DNA of 64,000 nucleotides, from assembly GCA_964434115.1 (NCBI GenBank), contig CAYSSX010000002.1, positions 329,680 through 393,679 on the forward strand, given 5' to 3'. Both the position numbers and the translations under genes were made by a program. The DNA is from an uncultured bacterium. Its GTDB lineage: Bacteria; Omnitrophota; Omnitrophia; Omnitrophales; Aquincolibacteriaceae. The notes beneath the pieces are model-generated. The model did no database searches, had not been told where the DNA came from, and worked only from the letters and a program-made list of their open reading frames with translations. This document shows, one piece after another, positions 12,332-20,852 of the stretch (position 1 is the stretch's first letter; each line of letters opens with the position of its first letter).

Positions 12332-13429
12332 ATGATGACCGGCACCTCCTTTGATTACGGTTCTTTCCAGGACATTGCTGAAAAAGTTGATGCCGGCGGG
12401 CGCCTCTCCTTTGAAGAGGGCGTAAGGCTTTATCAAACGAACGATCTTCCTCTGCTCGGCGCACTGGCCCAAAAAGTCCGCCTGAAAATGAATGGCCGGC
12501 GCGTTTTTTATTCTGTCAATCTTCACATGAATCATACCAATGTCTGCACGCTCCGCTGTCTTTTTTGCGCCTTTGCGCGCCGGCCCGGAGAAGAGGGCGG
12601 GTATACCTTTTCGACGGATGAGATCCAGCATAAGGTCAAGGATGCTCTGGAAAAATGGCGGATCAACGAAGTCCACATTGTGGGCGGGCACAACCCCGAC
12701 CTGGGGCTTGGTTACTACACGGAAATGCTCCGGAAAATCCGGGAAGCCGCGGGGGATATCTACATCAAGGCGCTGACGGCTCCGGAGATCGATGACCTCG
12801 CGGTCCGTTCCGGGCTTTCTTACCGGCAGGTTCTTGAAGAATTAAAGAGCGCGGGATTGGACGGCATGCCCGGAGGCGGGGCTGAAATTTTTTCCCCTCA
12901 GACACGCCGCAAAATCTGCAACGAGAAAATTTCCGCAGACACCTGGCTTGAGATTCATGAAATTGCGCACAGCCTTGGACTCCGGACCAATGCGACGATG
13001 CTCTACGGGCATATTGAGAGCGATGAAGACCGAGTCGACCATGTCCTTCGTCTCCGTGAAGTGCAGGACAAAACGAACGGATTCTATTCGTTTATTCCGC
13101 TTTCTTATAATTCGGAAAATAACCCGCTGCAAAAGCTGGGTGAAGCCGGCGGTTATCTTGACCTCAAGGTGTATGCGATTTCCCGGCTTTTACTCGACAA
13201 CATTCCGCATATTAAAGCGCACTGGATTACCACAGGACTTAAGATGGGGCAGGTGGCCTTATCTTTTGGCGTGGATGATCTGGGCGGCACCAATCTGAAT
13301 GAAAAAATCGTTCATGAAGCAGGCTCCGAGACCCCGGTTGATTTAAGCCAGGAAGAGCTTGTACGTCTTATCCGTGACGCAGGTTACGACCCCTGCCTTG
13401 TGGACAGCTCTTATCAGTACGTCTCCTGA
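12332..13429 (+). CDS. Radical SAM enzyme of the MqnE/MqnC/CofH family (futalosine-pathway type)
   Basis: The ORF track starts at 12215, overlapping ispG; the start is chosen at the MMTG Met at 12332. Cluster motif NHTNVCTLRCLFCAF (CxxxCxFCAF) with the preceding RLSFEEGVRLY...LLGALA block, characteristic of the aminofutalosine synthase / dehypoxanthine futalosine cyclase / FO synthase clade. I cannot tell MqnE from MqnC by eye. Confidence 0.6.
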   Translation: MMTGTSFDYGSFQDIAEKVDAGGRLSFEEGVRLYQTNDLPLLGALAQKVRLKMNGRRVFYSVNLHMNHTNVCTLRCLFCAFARRPGEEGGYTFSTDEIQHKVKDALEKWRINEVHIVGGHNPDLGLGYYTEMLRKIREAAGDIYIKALTAPEIDDLAVRSGLSYRQVLEELKSAGLDGMPGGGAEIFSPQTRRKICNEKISADTWLEIHEIAHSLGLRTNATMLYGHIESDEDRVDHVLRLREVQDKTNGFYSFIPLSYNSENNPLQKLGEAGGYLDLKVYAISRLLLDNIPHIKAHWITTGLKMGQVALSFGVDDLGGTNLNEKIVHEAGSETPVDLSQEELVRLIRDAGYDPCLVDSSYQYVS

Positions 13430-13558
13430 TTTTCCGCGGTAAAAACCCTCCTTATTTGCGTATTCCCTAAACGCCGGGCACACTTTCCTTAAGCTGGTTT
13501 TTATTCTGTCGCATGCATTGATAACGCAATTGAGTACTACCCCCATGATGCTTTCTGT

Positions 13559-14587
13559 ATGAAAGAGTTCAGCCGTTATCATCGTCAAATTATTCTCAAG
13601 GAAATTGGCCGTGACGGCCAGCGCCGGCTGGACCGTTCCCGCGTGGTCGTGATTGGCCTCGGGGCTTTGGGGTCTGTTTCGGCCAACCTTCTTGCCCGGG
13701 CCGGTGTCGGGACCGTTCGTCTGATTGACCGTGATCTCCTTGATCTCCATCATCTTCAGCGCCAGGTTCTTTACGATGAGGATGACGCAGCGAAGCATCT
13801 TCCCAAAGCCGTTGCCGCAAAGCAGCGCCTCGAAAGAATCAACTCTGAGATCCGTATTGAAGCCGAAGTTGCGGATGTTAATCCGCTTAACATTGAAGCC
13901 CTTGTGGGGGATGCAGACCTTATTGTGGACGGGACCGATAATTTTGAGACCCGGTTTTTAATCAACGACTTCTCCCTTTCCAAAAAAATTCCCTGGATCT
14001 ACGGCGGCGCTCTCCGCACAGAAGGGATGTCGTTTGTTGTTTTTCCGGATGACCCGCCCTGCCTGCGGTGCCTCTTCGGGGGCGCTCCGAGGCAGGAGGA
14101 AATTCAGACCTGTGATCAGGTGGGGATTCTGGCCTCTGTCGCGCACCTCATCGCATCCTTTCAGGCCACCGAAGCGATTAAGATTCTGGCGGGACTCAGC
14201 GAGCTTGTAGACCGGCGTTTGTGGAAAGTGGATATTTGGAACCGGCAGTTCAAATCCATTACCGTGGAGCATCTCTGCAGCACCCCTTGCAGCGGCTGCA
14301 GCCACGATGATTACCCTTACTTGAAAAGTGAATCTCCCGCGGCGGCCATTGCCTTCTGCGGCCGTAACACGGTGCAGCTGCTCCAAACCTCTGATGCCGG
14401 GGTCAACCTCCGCCGCCTTGCGGAAAAGATTCCCGGCGAAGTCAAAGTAACCGTAAATCCGTACCTTCTGAACCTCCACGCATCCCCCTATGAAATTACG
14501 GTTTTCAAGAATGGGCGGACCCTGGTCAAGGGAACCGAAGATCTTCGCCGGGCAAGAAGTCTTTACGCCCGGTATTTTGAGGGCTGA
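13559..14587 (+). CDS. ThiF/MoeB/HesA-family E1-like adenylyltransferase with a C-terminal extension of about 90 aa
   Basis: 342 aa. RYHRQI start. Gly-rich nucleotide loop VIGLGALGS. Zn motif pair CLRC ... CSGC about 70 aa apart, as in MoeB. Residues about 250-342 have no domain I can assign. Confidence 0.7.
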   Translation: MKEFSRYHRQIILKEIGRDGQRRLDRSRVVVIGLGALGSVSANLLARAGVGTVRLIDRDLLDLHHLQRQVLYDEDDAAKHLPKAVAAKQRLERINSEIRIEAEVADVNPLNIEALVGDADLIVDGTDNFETRFLINDFSLSKKIPWIYGGALRTEGMSFVVFPDDPPCLRCLFGGAPRQEEIQTCDQVGILASVAHLIASFQATEAIKILAGLSELVDRRLWKVDIWNRQFKSITVEHLCSTPCSGCSHDDYPYLKSESPAAAIAFCGRNTVQLLQTSDAGVNLRRLAEKIPGEVKVTVNPYLLNLHASPYEITVFKNGRTLVKGTEDLRRARSLYARYFEG

Positions 14588-14691
14588 ACTTCCCAGTTAT
14601 AACTTCCCGCAAAGCCCCGTTTATGATAATTTATAGGCCTTAACATCAAAGCCGAATCCCCAAATTCAAGTAGAAGGGCAGAGACCGAGAC

Positions 14692-15168
14692 ATGGAAAAA
14701 GTTATTTTGACCAAAGAAGGCTACGAAAAGCTTCTCCAGGAACTTCAGTATTTGAAAACCACTAAGCGTATTGAAGTTGCCAATGCCCTTGAAAAAGCAC
14801 GTGCCCACGGGGATCTCCGCGAAAACTCCGAGTATGATGCTGCCAAGGACGCCAAGTCGCATCTGGAGGGGCGTATTGCCACTCTCGAAGAGCGGCTTTC
14901 CCGCGCGCAGGTTGTGGATCTGAAGGATATCCAGTCAGACAAGGCGTACTTAGGCGCGACGATTAAGGTGAAGAACCTGAATACGGGCGATGTTTTTGCT
15001 TACAGCCTAGTGACAGCGGATGAAATGAATTTTGAACAGGGAAAGATTTCCGTGGTTTCTCCGATTGGTAAGGGACTTCTTGGCAAGGTTGTGAAAGAAG
15101 TTGTTGAGATTAAGGTTCCCGCCGGTCTTATCAAACTTGAAATCCTCGAAATCACCTACGGCGTTTAA
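14692..15168 (+). CDS. greA: Transcription elongation factor GreA
   Basis: 158 aa. LTKEGYEKLLQELQYL...GDLRENSEYDAAKD is the GreA N-terminal coiled-coil with the conserved acidic tip. C-terminal FKBP-like domain. Confidence 0.85.
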   Translation: MEKVILTKEGYEKLLQELQYLKTTKRIEVANALEKARAHGDLRENSEYDAAKDAKSHLEGRIATLEERLSRAQVVDLKDIQSDKAYLGATIKVKNLNTGDVFAYSLVTADEMNFEQGKISVVSPIGKGLLGKVVKEVVEIKVPAGLIKLEILEITYGV

Positions 15169-15968
15169 TGCGTCTTCTCACCGCCCCTTATTACGCGTTT
15201 TTTAGCTTGGATTTTTACCGCGAAGTTATTGCAAGCCCCCTTAAGAAAGGTTTTTTTTACCTTCTCTATCTTTCCGCAATCGTCGTGGTTTTGTTCTCTG
15301 CTTTTTTTGCTTTTACCGTGATGCCGAAAATTGATGCCTTCGCGGAATGGATTGAAAAAGAACTGCCGCCGCTGACGTGGACTCCCGAAGGACTCGTGAT
15401 GGATGCTCCGAGTCCCCACGCGATGGTGCATCCGGAATACGGCATGCTCGCAGTTTTGGATATGTCCCTCGGAGAAATTTCGGAAGGAGAGATGGGGGAG
15501 GCGGTGGTGTTTGTAACGTCCACTCACCTGTATATGCGGGACGGCGAGGGCGGCATCCGGATTCACCGCTTGACGCGGCCGGCCGAAAAATTAAAACCTG
15601 AACAGCTGGCGGTTCCGATAGATGGCGAACTGATTCGCAGCAACTACCAAAAATTCCGCCTTTGGATTTATATTATCCCCGCAATTTTTTCTTTTCCGCT
15701 TGTTTTTATCACCAAGCTGGGCGAAGTGGTGCTGCTTTCGCTTCCCGGGTACTTGCTTAACCGCACACGGCTGGAGCCCCTTGATTACTCTTCAGTTTTC
15801 CGCGTGACTTGTTTTGCGGTGACCGCCGCGACGCTTATCGAGGTCCGCTGGCTGATTCCGGTTTTGGCAGGGGTTCCTTTTGGCTTTATAGGATCCGCGA
15901 TTGTAACGTCCGGCTATCTTTACTGGGCGTTGAAGAAAACAGAAACGTCTCCGCCCTTTCAGCTCTGA
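15168..15968 (+). CDS. Hypothetical integral membrane protein
   Basis: 266 aa with four or more hydrophobic segments. No motif I can name. The start overlaps the greA stop. Confidence 0.4.
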   Translation: MRLLTAPYYAFFSLDFYREVIASPLKKGFFYLLYLSAIVVVLFSAFFAFTVMPKIDAFAEWIEKELPPLTWTPEGLVMDAPSPHAMVHPEYGMLAVLDMSLGEISEGEMGEAVVFVTSTHLYMRDGEGGIRIHRLTRPAEKLKPEQLAVPIDGELIRSNYQKFRLWIYIIPAIFSFPLVFITKLGEVVLLSLPGYLLNRTRLEPLDYSSVFRVTCFAVTAATLIEVRWLIPVLAGVPFGFIGSAIVTSGYLYWALKKTETSPPFQL

Positions 15969-16840
15969 ACGGGTTTCCCTGCGGGATTTTTTAAGGTCCC
16001 GTAATGCGACAGCAGACATCCTCCGGCAATAATGAGTCCCGCCCCTAAAAGAGAAGCGGGGCCGATTTTTTCCTGGAAAAAGAGAAGGCCGTACAGGAAG
16101 GACAGAAGCGGCGTCAGGTACGAAAAGGGGCTCACTAAAGACGCCGGTGCCCTGCGTAAAGCGATGGTCATCCATAACTGCCCGAAAAAAGACCCCAAGC
16201 CCACGCCCCACAGATAGAGCCACTCGGTGAAATCCGGCCATACGAAATTCATGAAAAGAGAGGGTGCGGCCCCGATCGTGGAGATCGCGGTGAAATAAAA
16301 GATAATGGTTAACGGCGACTCCCGGCGTTTCAGGGAGGCAATCGTCAGATAAGCGAAGGCCGCAAAAACAGCGGAAAGAATTCCCCAAAAAACGGTTATG
16401 TTCCAGGCCGTGAATCCCCCCTCAATCAGCAAATAAACTCCAAAAAAACTCAGGAGGATGAGGGCGGGCACCGCCGGATGACCGCGCTCCTTCAGAAAAA
16501 GGAGTGAAAATGAAAGCACAAATAGGGGGGCCGTGTAGTTAAGGAGTACGGCGGTTCCCAGGGGAAGTTTGCTGATGGTGTAGAAGTGCAGGGCCAAAGC
16601 GATAAACCCGTTGATCCCGCGCAGGACTAAGCGCCCGCGCTGGCGGCCTAAAACAGAAACCTTCTTGACCATCATGACCGCGAGGATCATGAGGCATCCC
16701 AGCAGGCTCCGCATAAAGACAATTTCCAGGCTGGGCAGACGGCCGCTGACCTTTTTAACACACAGAGCCATGACAGAGAAAGCAAGCGCTGCCATAATCA
16801 TATGGCGCACGGCTGAAAGCTTTATTTTGGAGTACTTCAT
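15959..16840 (-). CDS. EamA/DMT-superfamily transporter
   Basis: 293 aa with 10 predicted TM helices in two repeated halves, typical of EamA (RhaT) permeases. Confidence 0.65.
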   Translation of the reverse strand: MKYSKIKLSAVRHMIMAALAFSVMALCVKKVSGRLPSLEIVFMRSLLGCLMILAVMMVKKVSVLGRQRGRLVLRGINGFIALALHFYTISKLPLGTAVLLNYTAPLFVLSFSLLFLKERGHPAVPALILLSFFGVYLLIEGGFTAWNITVFWGILSAVFAAFAYLTIASLKRRESPLTIIFYFTAISTIGAAPSLFMNFVWPDFTEWLYLWGVGLGSFFGQLWMTIALRRAPASLVSPFSYLTPLLSFLYGLLFFQEKIGPASLLGAGLIIAGGCLLSHYGTLKNPAGKPVQS

Positions 16841-16984
16841 AAGCCGGATTCTGCCTGAGGACGGGGTGCTGACGGGGGTCCTTATTCTGGAAAATTGCGA
16901 AGCGACAAATTAGCGGAAAGCTCCGGGAAAAGCAAGTTGAAAAGAACCTGTTTCCCGCTATGCTAAAATGCCGAAGGAGAAAAA

Positions 16985-17632
16985 ATGCGCGAGAACAAAG
17001 AACAGAAAAAAGTCAGGGCGGAGGAAATTTTAAAACAGCTCCGGAAAATTTACCCGGAAGCGAAATGCGCCTTGAACTTTTCGACGCCGATGGAACTGCT
17101 TGCGGCAACTGTTCTGTCGGCGCAGTGTACGGACAAGCGGGTCAACCTCGTGACGCCTGATCTTTTTAAAAAGTATCCGGATGTCGAAGCGTTTGCTCAG
17201 GCAAAACAAATGGAAATCGAAAAACTGATCCAAAGTACCGGTTTTTATAAGAACAAGGCAAAAAGCATTCTGGGCGCCGCCAAAAAAATCATGGAAGATT
17301 TCGGCGGAGAGGTTCCCCGGAAACTGGAAGACCTTGTCTCTCTTCCGGGGGTCGGGCGAAAGACGGCAAACGTCATTCTGGGAAATGCCTTCAATACTCC
17401 CGGACTCACGGTGGATACCCATATGATCCGGATTAACCGCCGTCTCGGTTTAACCCGCCAGAAAGATCCCGTTAAAATCGAGTTCGATTTAATGCCCCTG
17501 ATTCCTCAGAAAAGCTGGACCGAATACTCTCACCTGATCATTCACCACGGCAGAACCCGCTGCCCGGCCCGAAGCCCGGATTGCGGCGGATGTGAAATCC
17601 GGAGTCTTTGCCCATCGGCTGGTAAAATCTAA
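16985..17632 (+). CDS. nth: Endonuclease III (DNA glycosylase/AP lyase)
   Basis: 215 aa. HhH-GPD motif LPGVGRKTANVILG. Catalytic Lys and Asp region. C-terminal [4Fe-4S] ligands C-x6-C-x2-C-x5-C (RCPARSPDCGGCEIRSLC). Confidence 0.85.
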   Translation: MRENKEQKKVRAEEILKQLRKIYPEAKCALNFSTPMELLAATVLSAQCTDKRVNLVTPDLFKKYPDVEAFAQAKQMEIEKLIQSTGFYKNKAKSILGAAKKIMEDFGGEVPRKLEDLVSLPGVGRKTANVILGNAFNTPGLTVDTHMIRINRRLGLTRQKDPVKIEFDLMPLIPQKSWTEYSHLIIHHGRTRCPARSPDCGGCEIRSLCPSAGKI

Positions 17633-17639
17633 AGTTCCC

Positions 17640-17820
17640 CTTCAAAGGCCCTCCTTTTATTGTCGTAACCCATTTAAAATAAATGAGTTATGATATATAA
17701 CAAAAACCTAACAGATAAGTATCAAAAAATAACAAAAGTAATAAATAAAGCGCAATAATTTGCTTTGCTATCCTTCTTTATGTAACTTTTCCATAGAGCT
17801 TTAATTTCACTTAAGGAGTC
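17640..17820 (+). promoter_or_regulatory. AT-rich (about 75% AT) intergenic region with phased A-tracts upstream of the HTH/kinase operon; probable promoter or UP/nucleoid-protein binding region
   Basis: The composition contrasts sharply with the roughly 55% GC flanks. Sequence ...catttaaaataaatgagttatgatatataacaaaaacctaacagataagtatcaaaaaataacaaaagtaataaataaagcgcaataatttgc... Confidence 0.35.
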
Positions 17821-17823
17821 TCT

Positions 17824-18072
17824 ATGGACAATGGAAATTTCAATTCGAATGCCGGATCAGCACAACCTCTGCCGGAAATCATGACGCTGCAGGAAGTCGC
17901 GGATTACCTGGGATTGCATTACCTGACGATTTACCGTTTGATTCAGGAGCATAAAATCCCCGCGGCCAAAATCGGCGGCAGCTGGCGTTTTCGCAAGGAT
18001 GTGCTGGACCAGTGGATTAAAAATGATATGCACCGGCGTTTTGGCAAGACACGCAACAAAAAAGCAGCTTAA
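17824..18072 (+). CDS. Excisionase-family helix-turn-helix (HTH_17 / MerR-like) DNA-binding protein
   Basis: 82 aa. MTLQEVADYLGLHYLTIYRLIQEHKIPAAKIGGSWRFRKDVLDQWI matches the excisionase/AlpA-type HTH followed by the conserved W-R-F wing. Good RBS (aggagtctctATG). Confidence 0.6.
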   Translation: MDNGNFNSNAGSAQPLPEIMTLQEVADYLGLHYLTIYRLIQEHKIPAAKIGGSWRFRKDVLDQWIKNDMHRRFGKTRNKKAA

Positions 18073-18099
18073 CTTTTCTAATCACAGGAAATTCAATAA

Positions 18100-20835
18100 G
18101 TGATGACGGAAAAAACCGTTCACATCTTGATTGTCCTGCGCGATGAGCGCGAGCGTTCTTGGATCAGCACCCTGCTGACCCGGGGTTTGAAAGGCATGCG
18201 CTGCTCGATCGATACCGCAGAAACGGTTCGCCAGGCAACAGAAAAAATCGGGCAAACAGCGTACGACATCTGTCTGCTTGATTCCAACCTTCCCGACCGG
18301 GAAGCCTTGTGGTTTCTTCATGAAGTTCACGTCCAGGGAATTTCTCTACCCGTTCTTGTGCTCTGCGAAAATTCGGATGAAGAAACAGCCACTCTTGCTC
18401 TTGAAGCCGGTGCCAAAAGCCACTTGATGAAATCAACGCTCAGCCCGGATCTTCTGACCGCGACGGTCCGTCACGTGCTGCTGGTGGATCACCATGAAAA
18501 GCTTCGCCAGCAGGCGCAGTGGGAAGCCCGGAGGGTTCAAAAGCGCAATCAGCATTTACTGGCTTCTATCAGTTCTATTCTTATTGGCGTGCGCAGCGAT
18601 GGCGTTGTGACGCACTGGAATAAAGTGGCGGAAAAGAACTTTGGGATCCCGGCAGAAGAAGCTGTGGGCCGCCGGCTTTCCGAATGTCCTGTGGGATGGG
18701 ATTTTCAAACCGTCGAGAAAGCGATCGGCGCGTGCTTGGCGAAAAATGAGGCGATGACCCTTGATGATCTTCCCTTCACCGGGGTTTCAGGGGAAGAAGG
18801 GCTTCTTGGATTCAGCATCAATCCGCTTGAGGGATCTAAGCATGACCTCGCGGAAGTTCTCCTTCTGGGTGCAAACATTACGGATAAGCGCAAGGCAACG
18901 GAAAACCTTAAAGCCTACACGCGGGAACTTGAGGCCGCGAATGCGCAGATTAAAAAGGAAAAAGCCAAGGATGAAGCGATTTTGGCCGGCATTGGAGAAG
19001 GCCTGGTAGTGACCGATGAGGAAGGCCGGATCATTCTCGTGAACAGGCAGGCTCTTCTGATGTTCCGCTGGCCGGGCCGGTCAGTCATTGGAGAAAAGCT
19101 GATCTCCGTGATTGGGCTGCAGGACGACCGGGGGCAGAAAATTCCCGAAGCCCAGCATCCTGTGCAGGCGGCTTTAAAAACCGGACACAAGGCAGGCGCC
19201 ATGGCCAGCCATGTTTTTCCGGATAAGAGCGAACTGCCGCTTCAGATTACGGCCTCACCCGTTGTTTTAGATGGGCAAATTACGGGAGCGATCGGAATTT
19301 TCCGGGACATGACCCGTGAAAAAGAAATCGACCGCACCAAAACAGAATTCATTTCTACCGTTTCTCATGAGCTCAGAACGCCGCTGACTTCCATCCGTGA
19401 AGGGGTTGCTCAGGTGCATGAAGGCATCCTCGGCCCCGTGAACGATGACCAAAAAGAATTTCTCAATATCGCTCTCGAAGAAGTTGACCGGCTCGCCGCC
19501 ATTATTAATGACCTGCTTGATATTTCAAAGATTGAAGCCGGCAAGGTTGTTCTGAGAAAAAGCTGGGTCGATCTCCGCGAGGTGGTAGAGCAGGTCGTGT
19601 TCGGCTACCAATCGCTGGTCAAAAATAAACAGATTGAACTGAAGTCCATTTTGCCGGACGGAATGATCGAAGTTTTCTGCGACCCGGATAAAGTGAAGCA
19701 GGTGGTGACCAATCTTCTTACTAATGCCTATAAGTTTACGGACGAGGGCGGCCGCATCACGGTTCAGGTCGAGGTCCACGAGGAGGTCGTCCGCGTTACC
19801 GTGGAAGATAACGGGATCGGTATCAGCGAGGAAAATCGCGCCAAGATCTTTGAGAAATTTGTCCAAGTGGGAAGAACCGCAGGCCCTGGGATTAAAGGGA
19901 CAGGGCTGGGACTCGCGATCAGCAAAAACATTGTTGAAATCCATCAAGGGAAGATTTGGGTGGAGTCCAAAGTCCGGCAAGGCAGCCGCTTTATTTTCAC
20001 GCTTCCCAAACTTGATAAGGATACCGCGGCTAAGGAAAACATCGAGTATGGTTTGGGGGGCCTGGCCTCAGGAAGCGACCGCCTTTCCATTCTTTTAATG
20101 AAACTTTATCAGGCCAAAAATATAGTCCCCAAGGCCGTGGTGAAACCCCAGCAGGTGCTGAAGAAGTTTCTTCAGAAAGCGCGCATTTATCACCTTGAAG
20201 GAGATCACGACATTTTCCTGAACGGATCGGATGAGGCCTTGGTCATTCTCCCCGGGATTTCCAAAGACAAAGCCTTAGAGTTCTCCGAGGTTTTGAAAAA
20301 GGCGCTGCTTGAAATGATTAAAGAGGATAAGAGCATGCAGGGCGCCCCCTTTATGGTGCATGTGGGAATCTCGACTTACCCTGAAGATGCAGAGACCAGT
20401 GAAACCCTGATCTCCAAAGCCCGTGTGTCTGTGAAACCCGCAGTTTCAGGCGGAGGCTCGGAGCGGCGCATTTCCCTTCGGACCTATTACCGTTCGCCTC
20501 TCAAGCTTAAAGCGGGAAAAGGCCAGGCCTGGGAGGCCTTTTCGGTTGATTTGAGCGAAGGCGGTATGAAGATTTTCGGCCCTCAGGGACTTGGGGTGGG
20601 AACGGTGACCGAGGTCATCCTGAAACTTCCCCGGGATTTTGGCGTCGTGACCCCGAAGGCTATGGTGGTGTGGCAGAAAGAATACGAGAAGGATAAGCGC
20701 TATGAGATGGGGCTTCAGTTTGTGGGAATTTCTGAAACTTTGAAAAATAAGCTGCGCCGGTTCATTGAATCGGAAAGCTCACGGGCTTCCGCAGAGGACG
20801 AAGCCGGCGGCAGTGAACAGCGTAAAATCGCGTAG
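18100..20835 (+). CDS. Hybrid sensor histidine kinase: atypical receiver - PAS x2 - HisKA - HATPase_c - degenerate GGDEF - PilZ
   Basis: 911 aa. N-terminal REC-like domain (ILIVLRDERE ... CLLDSNLPD ... HLMKS). PAS regions. H-box ISTVSHELRTPLTSI. N-box LLTNAYKFT. G-boxes DNGIGI and GTGLGLAISK. Then a diguanylate-cyclase-like segment without GG(D/E)EF (YHLEGDHDIFL ... VHVGISTYPEDAET). C-terminal PilZ motifs RISLR (RxxxR) and DLSEGGM (DxSxGG). Confidence 0.8.
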   Translation: MMTEKTVHILIVLRDERERSWISTLLTRGLKGMRCSIDTAETVRQATEKIGQTAYDICLLDSNLPDREALWFLHEVHVQGISLPVLVLCENSDEETATLALEAGAKSHLMKSTLSPDLLTATVRHVLLVDHHEKLRQQAQWEARRVQKRNQHLLASISSILIGVRSDGVVTHWNKVAEKNFGIPAEEAVGRRLSECPVGWDFQTVEKAIGACLAKNEAMTLDDLPFTGVSGEEGLLGFSINPLEGSKHDLAEVLLLGANITDKRKATENLKAYTRELEAANAQIKKEKAKDEAILAGIGEGLVVTDEEGRIILVNRQALLMFRWPGRSVIGEKLISVIGLQDDRGQKIPEAQHPVQAALKTGHKAGAMASHVFPDKSELPLQITASPVVLDGQITGAIGIFRDMTREKEIDRTKTEFISTVSHELRTPLTSIREGVAQVHEGILGPVNDDQKEFLNIALEEVDRLAAIINDLLDISKIEAGKVVLRKSWVDLREVVEQVVFGYQSLVKNKQIELKSILPDGMIEVFCDPDKVKQVVTNLLTNAYKFTDEGGRITVQVEVHEEVVRVTVEDNGIGISEENRAKIFEKFVQVGRTAGPGIKGTGLGLAISKNIVEIHQGKIWVESKVRQGSRFIFTLPKLDKDTAAKENIEYGLGGLASGSDRLSILLMKLYQAKNIVPKAVVKPQQVLKKFLQKARIYHLEGDHDIFLNGSDEALVILPGISKDKALEFSEVLKKALLEMIKEDKSMQGAPFMVHVGISTYPEDAETSETLISKARVSVKPAVSGGGSERRISLRTYYRSPLKLKAGKGQAWEAFSVDLSEGGMKIFGPQGLGVGTVTEVILKLPRDFGVVTPKAMVVWQKEYEKDKRYEMGLQFVGISETLKNKLRRFIESESSRASAEDEAGGSEQRKIA

Positions 20836-20852
20836 ATCAAGAAAGGGAGTTT

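Noticed and set aside
17824-18072. Excisionase-family HTH gene plus the upstream AT-rich block as the edge of an integrated mobile element
   Set aside because: No integrase, transposase or att-like repeats were found within 10 kb on either side. The downstream genes are chromosomal-type signalling proteins with the same GC content as the rest of the window. The HTH_17 fold is also widely used by ordinary small regulators.
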